From: Candidatus Dormiibacterota bacterium
Lineage (GTDB): Bacteria > Chloroflexota > Dormibacteria > Aeolococcales > Aeolococcaceae
Assembly (NCBI GenBank): GCA_963709585.1
Contig: CAVPXI010000004.1
Span: forward strand, 1-64,000
Length of the DNA stretch: 64,000 nucleotides
Direction: 5' to 3'
This document shows positions 39,080 to 52,265 of the stretch, piece by piece; position 1 is the stretch's first letter, and the number at the start of each line of letters is the position of its first letter. The position numbers and the translations under genes were made by a program. The notes beneath the pieces are model-generated. The model made no database searches. It was given only the letters and a program-made list of their open reading frames with translations, and had not been told where the DNA came from.

Positions 39080-39805
39080 ATGGCGCCCACCGTCGCCAAA
39101 CGTATCCTGGTGGTCGAGGACGAGGACGCCATCCGCGAGACGCTGCGCTACAACCTCGCGCGTGAGGGCTACCACGTCCTCGAGGCTGCGACCGGTCCGG
39201 ACGCGCTCAACGTTGCTCGGACGGGGCGCCCCGACCTGATCCTCCTCGACGTGATGCTTCCGGGATTGAGTGGCCTCGAGGTGTGCCGGGTGCTGCGCCA
39301 GGAGTCGTCGACGCCGATCCTCATGCTCACCGCCAAGGGAACCGAGGTCGACAAGGTCGTCGGTCTGCAACTGGGCGCCGATGACTACGTGACCAAGCCC
39401 TTCTCGTTCAACGAGTTGCTCGCGCGGGTCACCGCGCTGCTGCGCCGCTCGGACATGAGCGCGCGGCCGGTCGGCGCACCGGAGATCGAGGAGTTCGACG
39501 GCTTCAGGATCGACCGTGCCGCCCGCACGATTCACGTCGATAGCGTGGAGCTGCGGCTCGCCCCGAAGGAGTTCGACCTGCTTTCGTTGCTCCTGCGCAA
39601 CACCGGGCGGGTGCTCTCGCGTCAAGCGATCATCGCGGCGGTGTGGGGCAACCGCTTCTATGGCGATCCCAAGACCGTGGATGTGCACATCCGCTGGCTC
39701 CGCGAGAAGTTCGAGCCCTTCGCGCAGATGCCGTTCCGGATCACCACCGTCTTCGGAGTCGGATACCGGCTCGACCGAATCGGCGCAAGCGAGCCCTCCC
39801 CGTAA
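39080..39805 (+). CDS. phoB: OmpR/PhoB-family response regulator
   Basis: LVVEDE, LLDVMLP, GADDYVTKPF, TVDVHIRWLREK; near pst operon. Confidence 0.85.
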   Translation: MAPTVAKRILVVEDEDAIRETLRYNLAREGYHVLEAATGPDALNVARTGRPDLILLDVMLPGLSGLEVCRVLRQESSTPILMLTAKGTEVDKVVGLQLGADDYVTKPFSFNELLARVTALLRRSDMSARPVGAPEIEEFDGFRIDRAARTIHVDSVELRLAPKEFDLLSLLLRNTGRVLSRQAIIAAVWGNRFYGDPKTVDVHIRWLREKFEPFAQMPFRITTVFGVGYRLDRIGASEPSP

Positions 39806-39834
39806 ACTCGAACCCAGCATCGGAAAGGAGGCGC

Positions 39835-40949
39835 GTGGACGCAGCGGTCATCGGCGGGGGTGTCATCGGTCTTTCGGTCGCCTGGCGGGCTGCTCGGGCC
39901 GGGCTCAGCGTGGCCGTCGTCGATCCCGATCCGGGATCCGGCTCCTCGCATTTCGCCGCCGGGATGATCGCCCCGGTGGGGGAGGCCGAGTACGGCGAGG
40001 AGGCGGTGGTCGCGCTCAACCGCAACTCGGCGGCGCGGTATCCATCGTTCATCGCCGAGCTCGAGCTGGACGCGGGTCGATCGGCCGGCTACCGCGAGAC
40101 CGGGACGCTGCACGTGGCCATCGACATCGACGAGCAGACCGCGCTTGAGCGTGACTTCCGCTACCGTCAGGATCTCGGACTTCCTGTGGAGCGGCTGACG
40201 TCGCGCCAGACCCGTGACGTGGAACCGGGCCTCGCGCCGTCGATTCGCGGCGGCATGCTCGTGGAGTCCGACCACCAGGTGGACCCACGCGCCATGGTGG
40301 CCACGCTGCTCCAGGCATGCAATCGCCTCGGGGTGCAGATCCATCGGTCCAGGGCGTCACTGCTGATCGAGGCGGGACGAGTGGCCGGCCTCGGTCTCGA
40401 CGGCGGCGAACGGCTCGAGGCGTCGCGGGTGGTCCTCGCAGCCGGCTGCTGGTCTGGCGCGGTTCCCGGCGTGCCCGACGAAGACCTCCCGCCTGTACGG
40501 CCGGTGAAAGGCCAGATCCTCCGCCTGCGCGGGGCGCCGGACATGATCGTACGAACCATCCGTGGCGGCGCCGTCTACATCCTCCCCCGAGGGGACGGGC
40601 GCGTCGTGATCGGCGGCACCGTCGAGGAGCGCGGCTTCGACACGTCGGTGACCGCCGGCGCCGTGTACGAACTGCTCCGTGAAGCGCGAGCGCTGGTACC
40701 GGATGTCGCCGAGCTCGAGCTGGTCGAGGCGTCGGCTGGGCTGCGGCCGGGCTCGCCGGACAACATGCCGATGGTCGGTGACACCACGACCCCCGGGCTC
40801 ATGGTGGCGACCGGCCACTATCGGAACGGGTATCTGCTCGCGCCGGCGACGGCTGACGCGGTTGCCGGCGTGCTCGCCGGGGGTCGGTGGCCGGAAGCCG
40901 CCCGTCCTTGGTCGCCGTCACGATTCCGCCGCACCGCGGAGGTCGGGGC

Positions 40950-40953
<4 letters not shown>
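39835..40953 (+). CDS. thiO: Glycine oxidase
   Basis: AAGGAGG RBS; IGGGVIG, AAGMIAP, RPVKGQ, GHYRNG. Confidence 0.95.
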
Positions 40954-42632
<1,679 letters not shown>

Positions 42633-42640
42633 CCATCACC

Positions 42641-42700
42641 GGCAAAGGCCAGGCAAACCGTTAAGCGCCCGTTAACCATCTGGCTGTGTCGCCCTTAACC
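42641..42700 (+). promoter_or_regulatory. Putative PHO box
   Basis: GTTAA direct repeats at 42660 and 42671 (11-nt period) plus CTTAACC at 42694, upstream of pstS. Confidence 0.6.
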
Positions 42701-42770
42701 AGGCGATGGGCAGGATAAGGCCGTGCAGTCGCCAGGACGGCGGATGAGAAACGGGGTAATGAGGGCCGAC

Positions 42771-43991
42771 ATGACAGTCGAGACGAGACCATCGTTGACG
42801 CGCGGGCACGCCGTCTGGCGTAAAGCGGCGACCGTTCGGGGTGCGCTCACCCTCCTCGTGGGAGGCTCAGTCCTCGCCGCCTGTGGGTCGTCAAGCACTG
42901 GAGCCACGACACTCGCTCCAACTGCAACCCCCACGCCGGTGTGCACCGGGACCACAGCGAACCCCGGCTACAGCAACGGTCTTGCCACCGTTGCCGGCCA
43001 GGCGACGACACTGAGTGGTGCGGGCTCGACGTTCGTCGCACCGATGATGTCCGTCTGGACGAAGGCATACGCCACCTCCAACAGCGTCCAGGTCGCGTAT
43101 TCGTCGGTTGGCTCAGGCGCCGGCATCGCGCAGCTTCAGGCGAATACTGTCGACTTCGGCGACTCGGATGCCTTCATGAAGGACTCCGACATCGCCAAGG
43201 CCAAGGGTGGGCCGGTCGTGCAGATCCCACTGGTGCAGGCGCCGGTCGTGGTTGCATACAACCTCCCCGGCATCGCCAGCGGTCTCAAGTTCGACGGCAA
43301 CACCTTGGGCAAGATCTTCTCGGGCGGCATCACCGTTTGGAATGACCCTGCGATCAAGGCCCTGAACCCGGGGATCACGCTTCCGAGCACGCCCATCGCA
43401 ATCGCCCACCGCTCAGACGGATCGGGGACGACGAACATCTTCACCGACTTCCTCACGCAGACGAGCCCGGCCTGGGTGACCGCTCTCGGCGGATCGACGA
43501 CCAGCGTTGGCAAGACCGTGGCGTGGCCGGTCGGGATCGGCGGCAAGGGTAACGACGGCGTGTCCGCGATCATCAGCCAGACCCCGGGTGGCTTCGGATA
43601 TGTCGAGCTCGACTACGCCATCGCGCAGCACCAGACCTATGGAGACGTCGAGAACAAGGCAGGCAAGTTCGTCGAGCCGTGCGAGCAGACCGCCGCCAAT
43701 GCCACGGTCGGCATCACCAGTTACCCAGCCGACCTGCGCGTCGACATCGTCAACGAGTCGTCGAATCCCGAGGCGTATCCGATCACCGGTTTGACCTGGG
43801 CGCTCGTGTACCAGAACCAGACCAAGGCAGCCGTCGCGGCCGGGCTCGTCAACTTCCTCTCGTGGGTCCTGACCAAGGGTCAGGATCTGACGGGCTCCGT
43901 CAACTACACTCCGCTCGGACCGACGCTGCAGGCCCTGTGCATCGCCCAACTCAAGAAGATCACGGTCAACGGTACCCCGGTCTCGCCGTGA
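42771..43991 (+). CDS. pstS: Phosphate ABC transporter substrate-binding lipoprotein
   Basis: Lipobox LAAC, GAGSTF, GSGAG, RSDGSGTT, YPI; start approximate. Confidence 0.95.
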   Translation: MTVETRPSLTRGHAVWRKAATVRGALTLLVGGSVLAACGSSSTGATTLAPTATPTPVCTGTTANPGYSNGLATVAGQATTLSGAGSTFVAPMMSVWTKAYATSNSVQVAYSSVGSGAGIAQLQANTVDFGDSDAFMKDSDIAKAKGGPVVQIPLVQAPVVVAYNLPGIASGLKFDGNTLGKIFSGGITVWNDPAIKALNPGITLPSTPIAIAHRSDGSGTTNIFTDFLTQTSPAWVTALGGSTTSVGKTVAWPVGIGGKGNDGVSAIISQTPGGFGYVELDYAIAQHQTYGDVENKAGKFVEPCEQTAANATVGITSYPADLRVDIVNESSNPEAYPITGLTWALVYQNQTKAAVAAGLVNFLSWVLTKGQDLTGSVNYTPLGPTLQALCIAQLKKITVNGTPVSP

Positions 43992-44024
43992 GCCACCGAC
44001 CGCATTGACCGTGGTGGGCTTCTG

Positions 44025-45044
44025 ATGCCGCCGCCAGCTGGTGTGGGCGGCGGCATCGCCGCCTCTGGCGTTCGGGTGGCGCCGATCCTGTTGAAGCGTG
44101 GCCGGCCCCGCATCGCCGACCGGATCTTCGGTACCGGCGTCTCGATCACCGGCGGGATCGTGCTTGTTGTGATCGCCGCGATGATCGTCTTCCTGGTGTT
44201 GCAGGGCCTTCCAGCCATGCAGCAGTACGGCTTCTTCTCCTTCATCACATCGTCGCGATGGACGCCATCGACCGCGTTTCCGAATGTCTCGCATCCGAAC
44301 CCATACGGGATCCTGCAGTTCATCTACGGCACGATGCTCACGTCGATCATCGGCATGATCATCGCTGTGCCACTTGCCGTTGGTGCCGCGCTGGTCATCA
44401 CGGAGGTGGCACCGCAGCGCATCAAGGGTCCGCTCTCGGCACTCGTGGATCTGCTGGCCGCGGTACCCAGCGTCGTCTACGGGTTCTGGGGGATCTTCGC
44501 TCTCATCCCGGCGATCAGGCCGGTTGTGGACTTCCTGACCACGACGCTCGGCACCGTGCCGGTGATCGGTATCGCATTCCAGGGGCCGTTTTTCGGCGTG
44601 TCGTATTTCAGCGCGGGGTTGGTGCTCGCGATCATGGTGCTCCCGATCATTGCGGCAGTCTGCCGTGAGGTCTTCCGGAGCACGCCGCGGAACGAGAAGG
44701 AAGCGGCACTGGCTCTGGGGGCCACGCGCTGGGAGATGATCCGCATCGCGGTGCTTCCGCGTGCACGTTCGGGCATCGTCGGGGCTTCGTTGCTCGGTCT
44801 CGGCCGCGCGTTGGGGGAGACCATCGCGGTGACCATGGTGATCGGCAACGCGGTGCTGCACATCAACTCGAGCATCTTCTCGCAAGGGGCGACGATGTCC
44901 AGCGTCATCGCCAACGAGTTCACGGAGGCCACCGAGCCCTTCCACCTGTCCGCTCTCTTCGTGGTGGGGTTCTGGCTCCTGATCGTCGCGCTGGTGGTGA
45001 ACATTCTTGCGCGCCTGGTTGCGCGCCGTGGGGTGGCGCTGTGA
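44025..45044 (+). CDS. pstC: Phosphate ABC transporter permease
   Basis: LAAVPSVVYG, EAALALGATRWE, RALGETIAV. Confidence 0.95.
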   Translation: MPPPAGVGGGIAASGVRVAPILLKRGRPRIADRIFGTGVSITGGIVLVVIAAMIVFLVLQGLPAMQQYGFFSFITSSRWTPSTAFPNVSHPNPYGILQFIYGTMLTSIIGMIIAVPLAVGAALVITEVAPQRIKGPLSALVDLLAAVPSVVYGFWGIFALIPAIRPVVDFLTTTLGTVPVIGIAFQGPFFGVSYFSAGLVLAIMVLPIIAAVCREVFRSTPRNEKEAALALGATRWEMIRIAVLPRARSGIVGASLLGLGRALGETIAVTMVIGNAVLHINSSIFSQGATMSSVIANEFTEATEPFHLSALFVVGFWLLIVALVVNILARLVARRGVAL

Positions 45045-45928
45045 CCCAGCTCGCACTCCGCACGCCGGGATTTCGCAACCGCCCGGCGCTGCGCCGGCGA
45101 CGTGCCAGGAGCGCCGCGCTTGTCGGCCTGCTGATCGCGGCGGTGGTCGTGGCGGTCGGCGTGCTCGCCTGGGTGCTCGTCTATGTCGCCGTCCAGGGCG
45201 CCGGTGCGTTGAACCTCGGTTTCCTCACCCAGACGCCTCCAGGCAACCCAGCCGCCGCCGGCGGTGGGTTCTTCAACGGAATCGTCGGCAGTCTCATCAT
45301 CGTCGGAATAGCGGCGGCGATCGCGATCCCACTCGGGATCGGCGCGGCGATCTACCTCGTCGAGTACGGGCGGGGACGCCTCTCAGCCACGATTCGTTTC
45401 TTCAATGACGTGTTGATCGGGATTCCGACCATCGTCACCGGTGCCTTCATCTATGCGATCTGGGTGACGCGGTTCGGCTTTTCCGGTTTCGCCGGATCGC
45501 TGGCGCTCGCGATCGTCATGCTCCCGCTGGTGACGCGAACGACTGAGGAGATGCTGCGCCTGGTGCCGAACGAGCTCCGGGAGGGCAGCCTGGCGCTCGG
45601 GGCCACTCGGAGTCAGACGGTGATGCGGGTCTGCATCCCGACCGCACTGCCCGGAATCATCACCGGAGCCATGCTGGCCGTCGCCCGCGCCATGGGGGAG
45701 ACCGCCCCGCTGCTCCTGACCGCCCTCGGCAATGACCTGTTCACGGAGTACAACCCGGCACGACGCATGTCGACGCTCTCCCTGCAGATCTTCGACAACG
45801 CGGTCACCGGGTTCCAGGAAGGTCAGTCACGGGCCTGGGCGGGTGCGCTCACACTTATCGCGATCGTGCTGATCTTCACCTTCGTTGCTCGCTTCTTCGG
45901 CCGCCGGGTCCGCACGTCGAATGCCTGA
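45041..45928 (+). CDS. pstA: Phosphate ABC transporter permease
   Basis: [20 protein letters not shown]. Confidence 0.95.
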   Translation: MTQLALRTPGFRNRPALRRRRARSAALVGLLIAAVVVAVGVLAWVLVYVAVQGAGALNLGFLTQTPPGNPAAAGGGFFNGIVGSLIIVGIAAAIAIPLGIGAAIYLVEYGRGRLSATIRFFNDVLIGIPTIVTGAFIYAIWVTRFGFSGFAGSLALAIVMLPLVTRTTEEMLRLVPNELREGSLALGATRSQTVMRVCIPTALPGIITGAMLAVARAMGETAPLLLTALGNDLFTEYNPARRMSTLSLQIFDNAVTGFQEGQSRAWAGALTLIAIVLIFTFVARFFGRRVRTSNA

Positions 45929-46769
45929 CGTGGCCACCGAACCGGCCCCCGCACGTGCGAAGGTGCACGACATGCTGACCACGCCGGACACAGCGGTCGA
46001 GGGGTTGTCGATCGAGCAGCTCAACGCCTGGTTTGGCAAGCATCACGTGGTGGCCGACGTGAGCCTGGTGGCCCCGGCCCATCAAGTCACGGCGCTTATC
46101 GGCCCCTCTGGGTGCGGCAAGAGCACGCTCTTGCGCTGCGTCAATCGCATGCACGAGATCGTGCCCGGTGCACGAGTCGGCGGACGGGTGATGTTCGGTG
46201 GTCAGAATGTCTACGATCCGGACATCGACCCAGGCTCGGTGCGCAGCGAGATCGGGATGGTATTTCAGCGCCCGAATCCATTTCCGACCATGTCGATCTT
46301 CGAGAACACGATCATCGGCGTGCGCCTCGCCAAGACCGCGGGGAGTCGAAAGCTGGACGACATCGCAGAGAGCGCTCTGCGCCGCGCGGAGCTGTGGGAC
46401 GAGGTCAAGGACCGCCTCAACAAACCGGCGGTCAGCCTCTCCGGTGGTCAGCAACAGCGGCTGTGCATCGCGCGGGCTGTCGCCGTGGATCCCGCCCTCC
46501 TCCTCATGGATGAGCCGTGCTCTGCGCTCGACCCCATCGCAACCTTCAAGATCGAAGAGCTCATCCGCGAGATTGCCGATCAATACACCGTGATCATCGT
46601 CACGCACAACATGCAGCAGGCGACTCGCGTATCGCAGTTCACCGGCTTCATGACCATCGAGCACGCAGGCGAACCTGGGCGATTGATTGAATTCGGCACG
46701 ACGGATCAGATTTTTGGGTCGCCGGCGCAGCCGGCGACCGAGGCATATGTGAGTGGTAGGGTGGGGTGA
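45921..46769 (+). CDS. pstB: Phosphate ABC transporter ATPase (copy 1)
   Basis: [31 protein letters not shown]. Confidence 0.95.
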   Translation: MPDVATEPAPARAKVHDMLTTPDTAVEGLSIEQLNAWFGKHHVVADVSLVAPAHQVTALIGPSGCGKSTLLRCVNRMHEIVPGARVGGRVMFGGQNVYDPDIDPGSVRSEIGMVFQRPNPFPTMSIFENTIIGVRLAKTAGSRKLDDIAESALRRAELWDEVKDRLNKPAVSLSGGQQQRLCIARAVAVDPALLLMDEPCSALDPIATFKIEELIREIADQYTVIIVTHNMQQATRVSQFTGFMTIEHAGEPGRLIEFGTTDQIFGSPAQPATEAYVSGRVG

Positions 46770-46770
46770 G

Positions 46771-47628
46771 ATGGCGAGTGAGTTGAGCATCCTGGGTCGG
46801 TTGCAGGAGGCCGACCCCGGCCGGGGACGGCCAGCACGACCCGGCATCGCGCAGGTGGAGAATCCCGCGATCAGCACGCGAAATGTCAACGCACGCTATG
46901 GGGCGTTCCTTGCGCTTCGCGACGTCTCGATCTCCGCACCGCGCGGTGAGATCACCGCGATCATCGGTCCATCCGGATGCGGCAAGTCGACGTTGCTGCG
47001 CAGCCTCAACCGGATCAACGATCTGATCCCTTCGTTCACCCTCGAGGGTGAGGTCATGGTCGACGATCAGGACGTCTACGCGCCCGAGGTGGACGTCGCG
47101 AGCCTGCGCCGGCGCGTGGGCATGCTCTTCCAGCGCCCGGCGCCTTTTCCGATGAGCATCTACGACAACGTCGTCTACAGCCTGCGTCTCGACGGACGCC
47201 AGGCCAGGGCGACGTTGGACGATGCGGTGGAGCGTTGCCTGGAACAGACTGGTCTGTGGGAGGAGGTGAAGGACCGCCTCAAGGCATCGGCCACAGGACT
47301 CTCTGGGGGACAGCAGCAGCGTCTGTGTCTGGCGCGCACGCTGGCCGCGGGGAGCGACGTCATCCTCATGGATGAGCCATGCGCAGCGCTCGATCCCATC
47401 TCAACGCTGCGGATCGAGGAGTTGATGCGCGAGCTGCGCGAGACGGTGACGATCGTCATCGTGACTCACAACCTGCAACAGGCGGCGCGAGTGAGCGATT
47501 ACACCGCGTTCATGCTGATGGGTGAAGGACGCGCCGGCGAACTTGTCGAGCTCGGCAAGACCGATGACGTCTTCAAGGACCCGGTGGACAAGCGCACCGA
47601 GGACTACATCACGGGGAGATTCGGGTGA
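46771..47628 (+). CDS. pstB: Phosphate ABC transporter ATPase (copy 2)
   Basis: [25 protein letters not shown]. Confidence 0.95.
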   Translation: MASELSILGRLQEADPGRGRPARPGIAQVENPAISTRNVNARYGAFLALRDVSISAPRGEITAIIGPSGCGKSTLLRSLNRINDLIPSFTLEGEVMVDDQDVYAPEVDVASLRRRVGMLFQRPAPFPMSIYDNVVYSLRLDGRQARATLDDAVERCLEQTGLWEEVKDRLKASATGLSGGQQQRLCLARTLAAGSDVILMDEPCAALDPISTLRIEELMRELRETVTIVIVTHNLQQAARVSDYTAFMLMGEGRAGELVELGKTDDVFKDPVDKRTEDYITGRFG

Positions 47629-48311
47629 GCCAGCCAACCCCCGCGAGCCCTCACGTCACCCACCGACCGGTGCTGCAGGCAGAGCTGGACGCGATCCGCG
47701 CGGCGATCGTCGCCCTCACCAAGCAGGTTGAGGTCGCCATCGAACGTGCCATCTGGGGTCTGCGTGAGCGCAACCCCGACATCTGCACGTCGGTCATCGA
47801 GGGCGATGCCGCGATCAACGAGCAGCACCGCAAGATCCGCGACGCCTGCTTTCACGTGATCCTCACCCAGGCTCCTGTGGCGCGCGACCTCCGCGACATT
47901 CGCGGCTTCGATCACATCGCCTCGGAGCTGGAGCGAATGGCAGACCACTGCGTGTCGATCGCCCGCATCGGCAGGTCGATGACCGAGTTGCCGGACGTAC
48001 CGTCGTCGGAGCCGCTCGGCGTGCTCGCCGAGCAGGCCGAGACACAGGTGCGCGACATTCTTGCGGCATTCGAAGCGCACGACACGCTCGCCGCGCGGGA
48101 CATCGCTCGCCGCGACAGCATGGTCGACATGAAATATCGCCAGATCTTCTCCACGTATGTCGATCAGATGACCGCTGATGGGAGCCTCGCGCCGCGAGCG
48201 ACCGGACTCGTCTTCGTGGCGCACTACCTGGAGCGGATCGGCGACCGGGTGACGAATATCGCCGAGGAATTGATCTTCGCCGAGACCGGCGGGATCGAAG
48301 AGCTCGGGTAG
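47625..48311 (+). CDS. phoU: Phosphate signalling protein
   Basis: APVARDLR, ELERMADH, LERIGDRVTNIAE. Confidence 0.95.
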   Translation: MSQPTPASPHVTHRPVLQAELDAIRAAIVALTKQVEVAIERAIWGLRERNPDICTSVIEGDAAINEQHRKIRDACFHVILTQAPVARDLRDIRGFDHIASELERMADHCVSIARIGRSMTELPDVPSSEPLGVLAEQAETQVRDILAAFEAHDTLAARDIARRDSMVDMKYRQIFSTYVDQMTADGSLAPRATGLVFVAHYLERIGDRVTNIAEELIFAETGGIEELG

Positions 48312-48407
48312 GCTCGCCCGCCGGGGCGCGGGCCACGTTTGGGTCGCACGTGTCCGGATCCTATCCAGATTTGCGGGGTAGGATGGGGACGCCGTGGAGT
48401 TCCGCCG

Positions 48408-49115
48408 ATGAGCAGCCTCTTCCGGCGCCGACGCCCGGAACCGCTGCCGCCGCCCCTGGAGCCCGGGCGCGCCCCCGTCGGCATCGGCGTCGCCTGCAGC
48501 GTGCCCGAGTGCCCAAACGGCAACGCCCGGAGCTGCGAGTACCGCGATCGTCGTGGGCGCATGTGTCCGCTGGCCTTCTGCGCCGACCACGGGGTCGTGA
48601 TCGAGGGAGTCCCGTTCTGCCGCCGCCACGCGAGCACCGTGCAGGCGATCGGGGCACTCGCGACCGACCCCAACGGTCGGCCCGACATCAACGACCGCAC
48701 CCCGTCGCTGGTCAACTGGATCTCGCGCGAGCTCGACGGGCACATCCGATCGCAGCTGCAGGCTGCGGCGCGCGAGGGTGAGTCCGTCGTCGCCGATGAT
48801 GCGGTTCACCTCACCCGTGACAGCAATCGGAGCCTTCGCTGGGAGCGAAGCTGGCGGCTTGTCGAAAGCACAGGCCTGGTGCTCAGGATCAGCATCAACG
48901 TGTCCGAGGAGAACGATGCGCTGGTGCGCATCAACGTCGGGAGCGACATGGTCGCCGACGGGATTCCGCCCTGGATCGCGCGCCGCCGGATGGGTGAGGA
49001 CGTGGACGTTGCGATCGACATCGCGCAGCGGCAGCTTTTCTACCAGTACCTGCGGGAGAGCATCGCCAAGGCGGTGGCGGAGTTCCGCGGCGGCGATCGT
49101 CCGTACGCTCGGTAG
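48408..49115 (+). CDS. Hypothetical Cys/His-rich (zinc-finger-like) protein
   Basis: CSVPEC...C...C..FCADH...FCRRH; host-like codon usage. Confidence 0.7.
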   Translation: MSSLFRRRRPEPLPPPLEPGRAPVGIGVACSVPECPNGNARSCEYRDRRGRMCPLAFCADHGVVIEGVPFCRRHASTVQAIGALATDPNGRPDINDRTPSLVNWISRELDGHIRSQLQAAAREGESVVADDAVHLTRDSNRSLRWERSWRLVESTGLVLRISINVSEENDALVRINVGSDMVADGIPPWIARRRMGEDVDVAIDIAQRQLFYQYLRESIAKAVAEFRGGDRPYAR

Positions 49116-49184
49116 GGGGACCGCGCCGCCCGCTACGCTGTCGCCTGCGGCAGACGGGTTGCGAACTGGCCTACAGGAGATTCG

Positions 49185-50156
49185 ATGAGCGCCGAGACAT
49201 ACCTTGACAACACGGGTCGGGACGACATCCTCGGGGGCGGCGCGAGGCGGATTCCGATCACCACCACCAAGGGGGAGTTTCACGTCTGGACCAAGCGCTT
49301 CGGGAACAACCCCACCGCGAAGTTGCTGCTCCTCCACGGCGGCCCGGCCTGCACCCATGAGTACTTCGAGGCGTGCGACAGCTACCTTCCGGCGGCCGGC
49401 ATCGAGTACTACTACTACGACCAGCTCGGCTCGACCTACAGCGACCAGCCTGACGACCCCGATCTCTGGCAGCTCGACCGGTTCGTCGACGAGGTCGAGC
49501 AGGTGCGCGTCGCGCTCGGCCTGGACGAGGGGAACTTCTTCCTGCTTGGTCACTCGTGGGGCGGGATCCTCGCTACCGAGTACGCGTTGAAGTACCAGCA
49601 GCACCTGAAGGGTCTCGTGATCTCCAACATGATGATGAGCATCCCGGCGTACAACGAGTACGCGCGCACGGTGCTGATGCCGACGATGGATCAGGACGTG
49701 CTCGCGGAGATCAAGCGTCTCGAGGCAGCCGGTGAGACCGAGACACCTCGGTACATGGAGCTGCTCAACGACCACTACCTCCAGCACGTCCTCCGCATGC
49801 CCTTCGAGGAATGGCCGGATCCAGTCAACCGCGCGTTCGCCCACGTCAACCGGTCGATCTACGTGCCGATGCAGGGGCCAAGCGAGCTTGGTGCGAGCGG
49901 GATCCTGGCGAACTGGGACAGAACCGATGCGCTCGAGAGCATCAACGTGCCGGCGCTGGTGATCGGCGCAACCTACGACACCATGGATCCGGCGCACATG
50001 GAGATGGTGGCGGGACGGATGCCCCACGGTCGATTCCTCCTCTGCCGGAACGGCAGTCACATGGCCATGTACGACGACCAGCTGACGTACTTCCGCGGAC
50101 TGATCGACTTCATCACCGACATCGATCACTGGAGCACCGCCCAGCACCGGAGGTGA
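49185..50156 (+). CDS. Proline iminopeptidase-family alpha/beta hydrolase
   Basis: AGGAGA RBS; HGGP, YDQLG, GHSWGG, GSH. Confidence 0.9.
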   Translation: MSAETYLDNTGRDDILGGGARRIPITTTKGEFHVWTKRFGNNPTAKLLLLHGGPACTHEYFEACDSYLPAAGIEYYYYDQLGSTYSDQPDDPDLWQLDRFVDEVEQVRVALGLDEGNFFLLGHSWGGILATEYALKYQQHLKGLVISNMMMSIPAYNEYARTVLMPTMDQDVLAEIKRLEAAGETETPRYMELLNDHYLQHVLRMPFEEWPDPVNRAFAHVNRSIYVPMQGPSELGASGILANWDRTDALESINVPALVIGATYDTMDPAHMEMVAGRMPHGRFLLCRNGSHMAMYDDQLTYFRGLIDFITDIDHWSTAQHRR

Positions 50157-50216
50157 CGTCCAAGCGGCTGAACGACCCGCGTTGACGGTCGACGGCGACC
50201 CTCGAGCCCCTATCCT

Positions 50217-52098
50217 GTGCCGGTGCGGGCTCCCCAGGATCACCTCGGTGACGTTGCGCCGGGGCAACAGCGCTCGCCCTGGCGGATCTGCGCGGAGGCG
50301 TTGCTGCTCGCCCTCGCACCGGCGGCAGCCTTCTTCGGGCTGCGGCTGACGTTGATGGCGCCACCGGATCTGAACGATCCGGCGATGCACACCACTTTCA
50401 TCATCGACCCGCACGACATCTACCTTCGCTACACGGCGGCATTCGAACCCACCGAGCGGTTGCGCGAGGGAGCGCGAGTCGGGTTTCTGGTGCCCGGTCG
50501 CATCGCATACCTCCTCTTTGGCGGCGTGCCGGGATTTGTCGTGTTCCGCTACGTCCTCGCTCTTGTCGCGGTGGTGCCGACCTACCTCTTGCTGCGCCGC
50601 CTGTACAGCCGTGTGGCCGGGGTGATCGGGGTCATCGTCATCCTCAGCTGCCCGGTCATCATCCTGGCCTGGGGTACCGACTTTCCCGAACTCGGCCGCG
50701 GTCTCGTACCTGATCGGCGGTCTGGCCTGCCTCGCGATGCCGTCGACGCGGCGCCGTACCGGATGGCTGATCGGTGCGGCAGTCCTCTTCACGCTTGCGG
50801 TGTGGGCACTGGCGACATCAGCGGCGTTGATCCTTGCGACGCTTGTGGCGTACTGGCTCGTCCGGCGCAAACGCGACCGGCCGAGGCTGTGGCGAGACCT
50901 GTCGGTCATGGCCGGCGTCGCCGTGGCGGTCACCGGTCTGCTCGTGATCGGCTCAGCCGTGCTGATCGGCCCGTGGGACTACATCCTGACCACGATCCAG
51001 TCGCTGATCTACCTCGCACAGCCCGCGCAGACGATCGTGAATCACTCGCGGAGTCCGCTCTGGGCGCCATACATCACCTATCTGCTCGTTCCGCCCGCGG
51101 TGGGACTGGCATGCTACGCCGCGTTCGGGGGCCGGATCAACGACTTTCTTGCGACCGATCGGTTGAAGCGCATCGGGCGCCGCCTGGCTTCGATTCCGAC
51201 CCCGCAGCTTCTGGTGAGCGTGACCTGCGCCTTTCAGATCGTGATCTACGCGATCCTGCAGTTCATCGGCAGCACACAGGTTCTCGAGGTTCACTACTTC
51301 TCATCGCTGTTGTGGGCCTCGGTGTTGCTGACCCTGGCGATCACCATTGCAGAGCTTGGTGCTCCGATCCTCGAGCACGCGCGCTACCGGTGGCTGATCC
51401 CAGTAGTGCTCGTCGCGATCCCGCTGGTGTTCGAGCTTTCTCCCAGCGTGCCGCAGTTCGGCTGGATGCCCGTCGGACTCCTGATCGTCGTGGCGATCGT
51501 GCTGCTCGCGTGGGTCGCGAAGCGGGAGGCCGCGTCGCACGACATCGTGCGATCACGGCTCATGGTCGGCACTGCGCTCACCGCGATTGTCGCCGGACTG
51601 CTCGTCCTGACGGTCACGCCGACACAGCACAAGCACGAACGCGGCACCGTCGTCGACACCTTCCCCGATTACGCCTACACGCTGGGCGGCAACGACCCTG
51701 CATGGGGCAACGATTCCACGTGGGTGAACCTGTATGCCGTCACCACCGAGATGCCCACATTCGTCGGTCCCGCGACGTACTCCGGCGAGCAGCTGCTGAT
51801 GTGGTGGAACGGAGATCAGCTGAAGGAGCTGCGCGAGCCCATCGGCATCTTCCACGCATTCTTCAACTCGATCCCGAGCGCGCTCGGTGACCTCACCCCG
51901 CTCGACACATACTTCTTCGGACAGCGTCACCCCGCACAGATACTCCTGATGAGCCTGACCGGGCAGGGATTTGCTGCGTCGCTCAGCGCGCTGAAGCCGT
52001 TCCAGCCGCAGCTTGTTCGCACCGGAGTCCTGCGGTCGGGATCGGTCGTGCTCCACCTCTGGCTGATCGACCTGCACAAATATTTGCAAACTCCGTAG
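50217..52098 (+). CDS. Multi-pass membrane protein, possibly GT-C-like (frameshift near 50690)
   Basis: Consecutive hydrophobic frames 50217.. and ..52098 with many TM helices and an N-terminal loop PDLNDP. Confidence 0.65.
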
Positions 52099-52265
52099 CC
52101 GGAACCGGAACCCCGGCCGCGGGGAGCGATCCCATCTGGTGACGATCTCGTTGCGAGAGGGGCGATCTGTGCTACCCGGTGGGATCGTCGCCTATCGTGG
52201 TTGACGATGGAAGCGGCTCGCCGTACGACTGGCATGCGTCGTCGTCGTGTAGGCGCCGGCTCAGG

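Noticed and set aside
39806-39834. TPP riboswitch upstream of thiO
   Set aside because: Only 29 bp intergenic and no GCTGAGA or CCTGA aptamer motifs.
45921-47628. Two tandem pstB genes
   Set aside because: Common arrangement (pstBA/pstBB in many Gram-positive bacteria).
47604-50933. 1109-aa minus-strand ORF, and similar long antisense ORFs such as 7902..10001 and 14530..16743
   Set aside because: Shadow ORFs opposite well-supported genes, expected in high-GC DNA; Arg/His/Pro-rich nonsense composition.
52077-52086. Second CAAATATTTG palindrome as a MarR site
   Set aside because: Lies inside coding sequence (HKYL); probably coincidental.
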